From NCBI GenBank assembly GCA_016283195.1, contig JAEEML010000089.1, positions 1 to 63,521 of the forward strand: DNA of 63,521 bases, given 5' to 3'. This DNA comes from Deltaproteobacteria bacterium (GTDB taxonomy: Bacteria > JAEEML01). This document shows positions 58,901 through 63,521 of the stretch, one piece after another (the first letter of the stretch is position 1; each line of letters starts with the position of its first letter). The translations under genes were made by a program, and so were the position numbers. The notes under the pieces are model-generated. The model had not been told where the DNA came from. It was given only the letters and a program-made list of their open reading frames with translations, and did not search any database.

Positions 58901-60719
58901 CACTTGCGGCCGCTGTGTTTGCCCGGATGGTGACGATTCCAGCTGTCTTGCCAGCCAAAAATGGCAAGCGGCGAGCGGCAGCGAATGTGGTAAGTGCGTT
59001 TGTGATACCACTTGTAAGAATAGCTGCACCGTGGGCCAGAAGTGCGATGACAATACTGGTAGCGGTACCTGTGGTCAATGTGTCTGCGATACCAATTGTA
59101 CCGGCCAGCCAATAGGTGCCGGGCAAAAGTGCGATAATAACCCCAGCAGTAATACTTGCGGTCAGCCGATTTGCGATACTAACTGTGGTGGCGTAAATTG
59201 CGGTGACGGCAAAGTGTGTGACAGCAATATCAGCAGTGCCACTTGTGGTAAATGTATCTGCGCTGAGGGTAGCGATGACGACTGTCTGCCCGGCCAAAAG
59301 TGGGATAAGAGCCAGGGTGAGTGTGGCGCTTGCGTTTGCGATATCACCTGCGGCGGCGGTTGTCTCTCCGGTCAAAAGTGCGATAGTACCATTGGTAGCC
59401 CCACTTGCGGCCAGTGTATCTGTGACACCACTTGCGGTGGTCCTTGCCCGGATAATTGGGATTGTGATAACGATAAGAATAGCCCGACTTGCGGTCAGTG
59501 TCAGTGTGATACCACTTGTGGCGGCGGCCAATGTACAGGTGGCAAGGTGTGCGATGACAACAGCGCCTCGCAAACTTGCGGCCAGTGTATTTGTGATCAA
59601 ACCTGTGGCGGAGCTTGTCCGGCCGGCCAGAGCTGTGACCAAAACCTGGCCTCACAAACTTGCGGCCAGTGTATTTGTGACACCACTTGCGGCGGAGCCT
59701 GCCCCACCGGCCAGAAATGCGACGGAACTTTGGGCAGCGCTACCTGCGGCCAGTGCCAATGTGATACCACTTGCGGCTTTGCAAATGCGGCCTCTATTCC
59801 GGCCGGCAAGAGCTGCGATAATAATCCGGCCAGCGCTACCTGCGGTCAGCTCATTTGTGATACCACCTGTGGCGGCAAAACTCCGGGTCTGGGTGAAAAA
59901 TGCGATAACAATCCGCTAAGCCCCACTTGCGGTGAGCTTATTTGCGATACCACCTGCGGCGGCGCTTACGGTCTTGGCCTGGTGTGTGACAGCGACCCGG
60001 ATAGCCCCACCTGCGGACAGCTGGTGTGCGACCAGACTTGCGGCGGTTCCTGCCCGGTAGGCCAGATGTGCGACAGCAATTATAACAGTCTCACCTGTGG
60101 TCAGTGCCTCTGTGACACCACCTGTGGAGATGTCACGCCGGCTCCCGGTATGACTTGCGATAGCAACGAGCTGAGTCCCACCTGCGGCCAGATTGTCTGT
60201 GATGTCACTTGCGGCGGTCCGTGTGATACCGGCAGCAGTTGTGATACCAATACGGCGAGCCCCACCTGCGGCCAGTGTGTTTGCGACCAAACATGTGGCG
60301 GCCTCTGTGAAGCCGATTCCAGCAAATACTGCGATAAAGAGCTGAATAGTGCCACCTGCGGTCAGTGCCTCTGCGATGCCACCTGCGGCGGTTCCTGTCC
60401 AACCGGCCAGTGCTGCGATGGCAATGACGAATGCGGCGCTATTCAGGATGAAATGAGCTGTCTGGCCAAAGATGGCTGTATATATCGTGCCGGTATCGGC
60501 TGTGAGTCACTTACCTGCGGCCAGTGTCAGGTTGATCCTACCTGCTGTAACTGCCAAGAATTGCCGAACGGCGCTACCAGCTGCTGTGCTGAGGGTACAG
60601 TTTGTAATCCCAATACCGGCCTTTGCGAAGTCAATGCCGATTGCTGTGCCGGGCGCGAGCCGGCCGAGCAATACCGCTGCAATATCTTCACCGGCGAGTG
60701 TATCTTCATCGCCGGGTGA
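46902..60719 (+). CDS. Giant (4605 aa) Cys-rich surface lipoprotein with nested Cys repeats, TSP3-like Ca loops, a VWA-like domain and ~37 six-Cys tandem units
   Basis: One uninterrupted 13,818-nt ORF. Signal peptide plus lipobox (LLAGC, Cys at 46965-46967). See the repeat features and findings below. No C-terminal TM or sorting signal that I recognise (ends ...CIFIAG). Confidence 0.9.
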   Translation: MKSRAKLPFSFILFASGLLAGCSGQIAVSEDIFNCSPEQPNGICPTGEVCVNGHCEAIYQPCSPAYPNGVCPEGTCVNGICMTSSGQKACSKNNPGGYCDNPNEVCLNGKCVTPKPEEACSRDAPDGWCDPGYCCTGGACWPCGCVCGIDCPAGRCSSGEICDNGVCKPAETVTTKCGPGQCSGLCEYAQNCVEDIKGDCSCQAAAPASGCSPTNLAGDCPAGQWCLGGKCQEISDDMSCGKNCGSGICSGHAYCVADSEGCSCQENVSPDLVCSVSNPTGLCPDGLVCNAGSCSVPECSSLTPWGDCPAGQSCVKGRCQNGGDECSPSNPSGVCNDICDGDNCYEAVCNAGICVAATCSKEHLRGRCGGDCLICHEGSCITPPCSKEYACGTCPSCQVCNENADSPDYGTCGPAACSLACPEGTCSSEREICTSSGFCEVPACSVIYPWGDCRVGMYCEENKGPCADLATPEDCATDVSCTWNQKLNGCVRKNYGQCTLEECGSAPVSNLICNNPACEALDSQNACAAGPECTWGRCNGGGACPTILTEADCAANVNCWWQNGCFDGRMCVEGHCTTPLCSKLYPNGRCDEGSTCYEGTCVKLGCESDNDCQILSEKCEQLPIGTTGCIKQPCSVEKPEGDCLLLGNEYFGEICDGGNCVIPSCSATYPGGACGDAVCDAAQNEAACATAAPHCRWRPACVAIAGHNGPAAGVSCENNSDKSSCEAVSGCKWQGCTDGRICAGGNCLLPPCSESVPDGSCPAGMACEAGKCTLQNCGPVNPAGPCVCSDLNETDCKDTIKGLGCMWAGGACVNDPAATGFRICLGGVCKPFVCGADFGIAPCLDSSSICGFTGSSGDTCNVGDPGGGDGHGSPCCFKPSCCDTYPTGACGGGSERCVGGTCQKLPCSQNAPDGACGANQVCDNGVCKQAACSAENPGGHCECSILSKADCADSQKGFGCKWDSSSASCVDDPDSADIRKCAGGVCKPYLCGADFADAPCLVPGTVCDLVKHGETCETSQLVNNGDGINTNCCYTPVCSTDYPGGSCQPGYICNGGTCQQLPCSASNPAGACGAGKVCVNGECLSAPCSPEVPKGTCNCGSITRQADCTGSGAAYGCKWQGNKCIDDPASSASTSCLNGTCAPYLCRAEFPNAPCTSSGYVCKIPDAGEVCEGTNSGSSGACCVKPACSTDYPGGACPDGQTCSGGTCVPLPCSQVNQNGACASGKICKQGTCVTAPCSSTAPNGTCENAGQRCYNGECLDYVCSREFPGAACTQEGAVCGALVDPTKESCLSTARGDGSSAASPCCFVPTCSATYKSGTCQDSYICKNGECTQLPCSQVNKNGACASGQYCNNGTCEAIACSRENPTGPCADNTQRCVNGVCKDYLCGADFPSAPCSESGAVCGKIVNSAKERCLNNNGNGTSTNCCFEPWCSAQYPSGKCADGYICKGGNCEQLPCSPSAPNGVCGANQRCVEGQCEAAPCSNTALNGTCLCADLGQAACTNPESGFGCKWQGGKCIDDPDSSFYQKCVNGHCIPYLCGANFVNGPCENGGAVCGVPSGLDSCLNGANNPSAESPCCFIPHCSSTYKNGSCEEGSICKEGVCTKLPCSVAVPDGACPTGQECSSGVCIKSVCSQSVQDGRCECSDITVESICTNPESGFGCIWQGGKCIDDPASTNSRHCLNGNCTPYLCSAAFPNAPCAVSGTVCGKPANGESCADGGNPAVACCYVPNCSNTYPGGACPAGQYCSGGHCVAYPCSATNPTGACPASQVCENGSCQLAKCSNTAQDGTCYCSDITEQSICMSNVTGFGCKWQNGKCIDDPDSVDSMSCSGGSCQPYLCGANFPNAPCSESGAVCGKLVDSTKESCENNRGDGVNSNCCFKPWCSSTYPSGQCQSGYVCSNGTCMQLPCSAGNPTGACGAGQYCNAGVCTRYACSDEHPTGTCAAGKVCEKDNGAAHYSCSSPDCSASYPYGECHAAGTICVAGTCEATCGTGAGQSATGYCSGGLACVMTACANSCENDYDCDGIPNSVEGNDAIDTDGDGIPDSRDIDSDNDSIPDRVEIGPDPAHPLDSDGNGTPDYRQTDSDADGIPDSVEVGPIPTQPVDSDGDGIPDYRDVDSDGDLIYDKFEGQGDVDHDGIPNYLDDDSDGDGIPDSIEARPTPYDDSSFHAGDIPADHDGDGTYDFLDLDSDNDGVLDKDEDVNGNGIIDCQVNGRGEVVYVCEEITNKDVCQAHECTWNDAAKVCGETSCPNSCDVNAFNPGCKDDHARCVLSETSRIHVDSDCDGMGDGNDGLFLACAADNLKPINLFYDRDADIAMALEQAFDEAGKFSVGGVRGIYFDASNSSAAYGVSGFVLAKTPASAAINESTPRQKVIKQEEYDRGLLSSFNPQVVISRYSETFDGFATSIFRYTLTSSGSVSNARTNVLKALAGGANVGTPIGYGPNATAYTLIIQTIYRYDDGGSNGRVILLGAIIPTALYGSCGANNTSGTCNALASCNFVNNKCVEYDCRAINGAASCNSNNHCTWNDIDEICDNKQLPLFYVNNVTSGSTVTQFGDDLDKLCQSFSQKSGKVDFLWLLDFSNSIYPARQQIKDSASTFFELLNKTEADFRAAQTGAHTFDDNQSLYSGVNNYSGQYFTMFYGYNTSGVANSPWPPNYDFRACDSLNGVWVGANGCLIDEFTGSLAFSDDVANRDYLWNCASQIKGPGCTTNYTCTACGGATSGTVYAPECYFASRMVCKNTVGNSETPLLMAEWAMYRYFDKHICADAFEDGSLPTAETCDTREGCFWSGGKCIPNNCALATTAAQCETMIEDNTNDGVKLIGCLWNNQTNQCVPNYSCEAQPDDFACSNITIQNTCNLLGCTWNSWRGTCSGTLNRNTYKRCEDLTTEANCKLGAPLCYWNGSSCGWSVCDNNSKDRPIATYSRCSVATTQAACQQSTTCVWEDGVCRALPRERMRIDATPIIVAVTDEEECFLKDSAGQYGNGNGTYTKAACGGSQSTGDSKDFYSGNAADSYGYNWWNSSTKGYYVRQQRQESFSRFFQSRGTLVFTLTGEKATTQTNGGCQLDGDGDGKITASTSGNLTADINAQPGNALISVAENTGGGWGSICATNVYPAVESIIITSLAKSSAYKLEAAIDGKKVQPIGSTIKVVSEVCADDPAMTYMNYNDRCNQGDEYSCRANGCAWKNGSCSGCTNRISKVIPMSRENGFDYDALNNTITLFGSARPARGRDIVVSFRYWINNPQLPEGPSTNTCSCPGTSDCSQLSGEAACKATGTCTWTGLECTGEYASNCSAINSQSACTADSACKWENGTCKFACACAGGAQCGGLSCENQTTENGCNATIGCVWTVGMCMSTGICKIDPECGHSCNEYQTCNPNTGICECNLDCNNQCGLGEICNYNQECSGIGGEAACRAVESEGVCFWRIDSLICEDGDCGKCFCDKTCGGCGKGQLCDSDENSNTCGQCLCNTTCSDTNCNYNCASVNNAADCDDWPGCSWVNGSCKRTAYMECDPDLNSASCGFCVVDSDCSLHPCEEGEICNPTTGMCECDTTCGGGCKAGFICDSTPSSPTCGQCHCDENCGGETPPSGQKCDDNTNSATCGLFTCDLTCGSPCGAHTYCDEDEDSPTCGQCVCDTTCNHTTPNIGMKCDDNTNSATCGQIICGAACNGGCLAGQICNEALGTCGQCVCDTTCGGSCPTGQTCDSDTGSATCGQCVCDTTCGGSCPAHYNCNSDITSPTCGQCECDTNCTGQDIGIGKKCDDNPSSPTCGQVICDTTCNGGCASGQKCISEPANPKCGQCECDTTCGGVTPAAGSGLKCDKDTNSPTCGQLVCDTTCGGAAPGTGMKCDTSTTSPTCGQIVCDTECGNRCTGEKVCDSSATSATCGTCICGDECGGPCPVGQTCNPALGDCGQCVCDTTCGGGECPTGQKCDDNSNSPTCGACICDITCHGATPGAGQKCDTNTASATCGQIVCDTSCGNSCSGGKVCDDNINSATCGRCVCPDGDDSSCLASQKWQAASGSECGKCVCDTTCKNSCTVGQKCDDNTGSGTCGQCVCDTNCTGQPIGAGQKCDNNPSSNTCGQPICDTNCGGVNCGDGKVCDSNISSATCGKCICAEGSDDDCLPGQKWDKSQGECGACVCDITCGGGCLSGQKCDSTIGSPTCGQCICDTTCGGPCPDNWDCDNDKNSPTCGQCQCDTTCGGGQCTGGKVCDDNSASQTCGQCICDQTCGGACPAGQSCDQNLASQTCGQCICDTTCGGACPTGQKCDGTLGSATCGQCQCDTTCGFANAASIPAGKSCDNNPASATCGQLICDTTCGGKTPGLGEKCDNNPLSPTCGELICDTTCGGAYGLGLVCDSDPDSPTCGQLVCDQTCGGSCPVGQMCDSNYNSLTCGQCLCDTTCGDVTPAPGMTCDSNELSPTCGQIVCDVTCGGPCDTGSSCDTNTASPTCGQCVCDQTCGGLCEADSSKYCDKELNSATCGQCLCDATCGGSCPTGQCCDGNDECGAIQDEMSCLAKDGCIYRAGIGCESLTCGQCQVDPTCCNCQELPNGATSCCAEGTVCNPNTGLCEVNADCCAGREPAEQYRCNIFTGECIFIAG
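49149..52880 (+). repeat. Eight ~115-135-aa super-repeats inside the giant gene
   Basis: Each unit contains PCS..xPxGxC, a C-x-W module (GFGCKWQGGKCIDDP), P-Y-L-C-G-A-x-F-P-N-A-P-C, CCF-x-P-x-CS..YP.G.C and QLPCS. The YLCGA-type landmark occurs 8 times: FVCGADFGIAPC, YLCGADFADAPC, YLCRAEFPNAPC, YVCSREFPGAAC, YLCGADFPSAPC, YLCGANFVNGPC, YLCSAAFPNAPC, YLCGANFPNAPC. Confidence 0.85.
52966..53540 (+). repeat. About 12 thrombospondin-type-3-like D-x-D-x-D-G-x-x-D calcium-binding loops
   Basis: DTDGDGIPDSRD, DSDNDSIPDRVE, DSDGNGTPDYRQ, DSDADGIPDSVE, DSDGDGIPDYRD, DSDGDLIYDKFE, DVDHDGIPNYLD, DSDGDGIPDSIE, DHDGDGTYDFLD, DSDNDGVLDKDE and others. Confidence 0.8.
57222..60430 (+). repeat. About 37 tandem 26-32-aa six-Cys units (consensus T-C-G-Q-C-x-C-D-T-T-C-G-G-x-C-P-x-G-Q-x-C-D-x4-S-x)
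   Basis: Counted by hand from the translation. Units run head to tail in frame with small length variation. One C-x-W module interrupts unit 2. Confidence 0.85.
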
Positions 60720-60789
60720 TTGAATCCTTCAACTTACCCCATCTCCAATTTTCATCTCCATCACCCCAAAAGCGACGAAAATTATGGCC

Positions 60790-60820
60790 GCGTGCTCTCG
60801 CTATAAAACCAAGAGCATGC
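60790..60820 (+). terminator. Hairpin downstream of the giant gene (weak terminator candidate)
   Basis: GCGTGCTCT-N13-AGAGCATGC, a 9-bp stem with one G-U pair, 70 nt after the stop. No U tract follows. Confidence 0.25.
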
Positions 60821-61109
60821 AGAATAGTGATGTATAAAATTGAATTCCTAAAAAAGAAAAACTTGACAAAAGGAAAAATTGATTTTATACCTGACGTCGC
60901 CTTGATAGTTTTTACTATCAGTAATTCCTACCAAATTAATAGGAATATCAAAATGATGATTCGATTTGCAAAAGCCTGTTGTTTTAGTGACCGATGTTGA
61001 CGGGCGCTTTTTGCAGATTTGAATGATTCTTTCGCCCGTGTAAGGTTATCCTGCGCGGGCTTTTTGGGGCTTTTGCCCACAACTCAAAAAAATATTAAGG
61101 AATATAAAA

Positions 61110-61952
61110 ATGGAAAGCTTAACAGCCATGTTATGCGCTTTTGCCCGAGCTTGGCATTCTATGCAGCCGAACCATATGGTTTTCAATGACTTTCTGGCAT
61201 TTGACTTTATGGGCCGCGATGAGTACGAAAACGTTTCGCGCTTGATTCTGAAGCGTTTCCCGCAGGAATCAGAGAATTCGGTCGAATATTTCAATCGGAA
61301 ATATTTTCTTCCGATTGTACTTTCGCGGAGCCGCTTTGCCGAAGACCGCGTGAAACTCCTTGCCCGTTCGGGTAAGATTCAATATGTCATTTGCGGTGCT
61401 GGCGTAGACACCTTCTCGTTCCGCAATAAGGATCCGAATGTCGAAGTTTTTGAACTGGATTTGCAGCCGACGCAAAGCTACAAAAAAAATCGCATCAGCG
61501 AACTCAAATGGAGTGTTGCGGATAATGTCCATTTTGTCGCGGTTGACTTCAGCAGGGATAGTATTGTCGAAAGGCTTGTCGCCAACGGTTTCGACTGCAA
61601 AAAGCCGACGGTTGTTAGCATTCTAGGAGTTTCGTATTACCTTCCGCTTTCTGTTTTTGCAGAGACTGTGCGCCAGTTTTCAGAAATCGCATCGACAGGC
61701 ATTTCGATTGTATTCGATTACCTGCAAAAAGGTACCTTTTCGGATTCTGTTCGGGAACTGCGAAGAATTGTTGCCGATTGCGGCGAAGTTATGGCCGATG
61801 GTTACTTAGATCGCGAAGTTTTCGAGGTGCTTGAACGTTACGGATTCAAGGTTGATGAATTCCTTGGTGAAAATGCGCTGCAGCAGCGGTATTTTTTGAG
61901 GGGAAATTTTAAGGCTTTCGATTCTGTGCGCTTGATTGCGGCGCTAAAGTAA
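61110..61952 (+). CDS. Class I SAM-dependent methyltransferase (leucine carboxyl / O-methyltransferase, PF04072-like)
   Basis: AFARAWHS..., the VICGAGVDTFSFR SAM-binding block, ELDLQPT and VSILGVSYYLP follow the LCM-type family pattern. Confidence 0.7.
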   Translation: MESLTAMLCAFARAWHSMQPNHMVFNDFLAFDFMGRDEYENVSRLILKRFPQESENSVEYFNRKYFLPIVLSRSRFAEDRVKLLARSGKIQYVICGAGVDTFSFRNKDPNVEVFELDLQPTQSYKKNRISELKWSVADNVHFVAVDFSRDSIVERLVANGFDCKKPTVVSILGVSYYLPLSVFAETVRQFSEIASTGISIVFDYLQKGTFSDSVRELRRIVADCGEVMADGYLDREVFEVLERYGFKVDEFLGENALQQRYFLRGNFKAFDSVRLIAALK

Positions 61953-62012
61953 GCGATGTCAAGCGAGCGACTGGTTTTTAGGCTACTATTTAATCAGACT
62001 TTAAACAGGTTC

Positions 62013-62042
62013 CTGCTCAAATGGGTGAGCAGCATTTTTTTT
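62013..62042 (+). terminator. Rho-independent terminator after the methyltransferase gene
   Basis: CTGCTCA-N6-TGAGCAG (7-bp stem), then CA and T8. Confidence 0.7.
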
Positions 62043-62056
62043 AAAAGGATTTCAAA

Positions 62057-63217
62057 ATGCTAACTTCTAAGTATATTGAAACGAAACTTATTCATGGTGG
62101 TATCGACGGCGACAAGGTTACAGGAGCTGTCAACGTGCCCATCTACCAAACTTCTACCTATAAGCAGGCAGGTCTCGGCGAAAATACGGGCTGGGAATAT
62201 TCCCGCACTGGAAACCCCACGCGCGCAGCACTCGAAGCATTGATTGCCGATCTCGAAGGCGGTGTCGCTGGCTTTGCCTTCGCAAGCGGCATGGCGGCTA
62301 CCTCGACGGTGCTTTCGCTTTTTAAGCAGGGCGACCGCATCATTATCTCTAGCAATGTGTACGGTGGTACCTTCCGCGTTTTTGACAAAGTATTCAAGAA
62401 CTTCGGCATTACCTATTCCATTGAAGATACTACCGATTTGGCGGCGCTCGATACCAAGGTGACTCCCGATGTAAAGGCGTTTTTTGTGGAAAGCCCGGCG
62501 AATCCGCTCCTGACGGTGACGGATTTGGCTGGTGTCGCCGCGATTGCAAAGAAACACGGCATCTTAACGATTGTCGATAATACCTTTATGACTCCTTATT
62601 TGCAGCGCCCGCTGGAACTCGGCGCCGATATTGTAGTACATTCTGCAACCAAGTATTTGGGCGGCCATAGCGATTTGGTGGCCGGCCTGGCGGTGACGAA
62701 CAACAAGGAAATTGCAGAACGCCTTGCTTTTACGCAGAATGCCGTGGGTGCGGTGCTCGGCCCGTTCGATTCGTTCCTTTTGATTCGCGGCATCAAGACG
62801 CTCGGTGTGCGCCTCGATCGTCATACCGAAAATGCCGAGCGTATAGCTCGCTATCTGGAACAACACGAAGCTGTAAAACATGTCTATTATCCGGGCCTTC
62901 CGACTGCGCAGGGTTACGAAATCAACAAAAAACAGGCCAAGAACGGCGGTGCCATGATTTCGTTTGAATTGTACGAAGGTTATAGCATCAAGAAATTCTT
63001 TAAAAGTCTCAAGCTGGTTTCGCTTGCCGAAAGTTTGGGCGGTGTCGAAAGCCTTGTATGCCATCCGGCCACGATGACCCATGCCTCTATTCCGCAGGAA
63101 ATCCGCGCGATGGTGGGTATTACCGACGGGCTGATTCGTCTGTCTGTGGGTATTGAAAAGGTGGATGATATCATTATGGATTTGAACGCCAGTATTAACG
63201 CGGCGCAGGAGGTTTAA
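62057..63217 (+). CDS. PLP-dependent cystathionine gamma-synthase/beta- or gamma-lyase family enzyme
   Basis: Cys/Met-metabolism PLP family: VPIYQTSTY, the SATKYLGGHSD PLP-lysine block, and GGVESL. Confidence 0.88.
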   Translation: MLTSKYIETKLIHGGIDGDKVTGAVNVPIYQTSTYKQAGLGENTGWEYSRTGNPTRAALEALIADLEGGVAGFAFASGMAATSTVLSLFKQGDRIIISSNVYGGTFRVFDKVFKNFGITYSIEDTTDLAALDTKVTPDVKAFFVESPANPLLTVTDLAGVAAIAKKHGILTIVDNTFMTPYLQRPLELGADIVVHSATKYLGGHSDLVAGLAVTNNKEIAERLAFTQNAVGAVLGPFDSFLLIRGIKTLGVRLDRHTENAERIARYLEQHEAVKHVYYPGLPTAQGYEINKKQAKNGGAMISFELYEGYSIKKFFKSLKLVSLAESLGGVESLVCHPATMTHASIPQEIRAMVGITDGLIRLSVGIEKVDDIIMDLNASINAAQEV

Positions 63218-63218
63218 T

Positions 63219-63521
63219 ATGCATTACTACGAATCAATGCGGTCTCTGATTGGGAAGACTCCGCTTGTAAAGCTCACACATGTCGGTGTGCCGGAAGGTG
63301 TGAATTTGTTTGTAAAACTTGAACTCTGGAACCCCTCGGGGAGCGTGAAGGACCGCACGGGCCTTTATATGGTGAACGACGCTTTTGCCAAGGAAACGCT
63401 CAAGCCAGGCGGAACTATCATTGAGGCAACCGCAGGCAATACCGGCCTAGGCATCGCCTTTGCGGCACTCAATCGCGGTGTGCGCGTGATATTCGTGGTG
63501 CCGACCAAGTTCTCGCAAGAA
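63219..63521 (+). CDS. Cysteine synthase / cystathionine beta-synthase family protein (3' end outside window)
   Basis: ATG 63219 lies 1 nt after the upstream stop. IGKTPLVKL, NPSGSVKDR (PLP lysine) and EATAGNTGLGIA. Confidence 0.88.
   Translation, partial: MHYYESMRSLIGKTPLVKLTHVGVPEGVNLFVKLELWNPSGSVKDRTGLYMVNDAFAKETLKPGGTIIEATAGNTGLGIAFAALNRGVRVIFVVPTKFSQE

Noticed and set aside
57222-60430. A regular ~85-90-nt periodic repeat that could superficially suggest a CRISPR array or a satellite.
   Set aside because: The repeats are in frame within one ORF, vary in length, and have no unique spacers. They are conserved at the amino-acid level rather than the nucleotide level. No cas genes are present.
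60720-62056. SAM (S-box) or other riboswitch upstream of the methyltransferase and Cys/Met genes.
   Set aside because: I looked for the conserved S-box core and a T-box-like specifier/terminator arrangement and found neither by eye. Only generic hairpins and one clean terminator (62013-62042) are present.

Overview
Bacterial chromosomal window of about 50% GC with Gram-negative-style lipoprotein signals. The taxon cannot be assigned from sequence alone. A FISUMP domain, a TIGR01784-type Rpn gene and MopE-like Cys motifs point to no single phylum.

Housekeeping genes are scattered throughout: asnA, trmL, dnaJ, ppdK, an IMPase, plsB, an isolated rplC, a ClpA-like ATPase, dacB, tRNA-Gly(CCC), secG, rfbA, a CadC/P1B-ATPase pair, an ECF sigma/anti-sigma pair, and a cystathionine lyase/synthase-family gene followed by a cysteine synthase-family gene.

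The striking content is four lipobox-bearing, extremely cysteine-rich proteins that resemble eukaryotic matrix proteins. Together they cover about 36% of the window:
- a 943-aa protein combining laminin/EGF-like repeats, two CBM48-like modules and a FISUMP domain;
- an 1146-aa composite protein with MopE-like motifs and tandem Cys modules;
- a GH13 alpha-amylase decorated with EGF-like repeats and a CBM48-like module;
- a single 13.8-kb ORF encoding a 4605-aa lipoprotein.

The giant protein contains nested Cys repeats, about 12 thrombospondin-type-3-like calcium loops, an apparently split VWA domain, and about 37 tandem 26-32-aa six-Cys units that are conserved as peptide but diverged at synonymous sites.

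The left edge carries a tail-fibre-like gene end and an N-terminally truncated Rpn-family gene embedded in 243-bp direct repeats. No rRNA, CRISPR array or clear IS element was seen. All product calls come from motif recognition by eye; no database search was possible.
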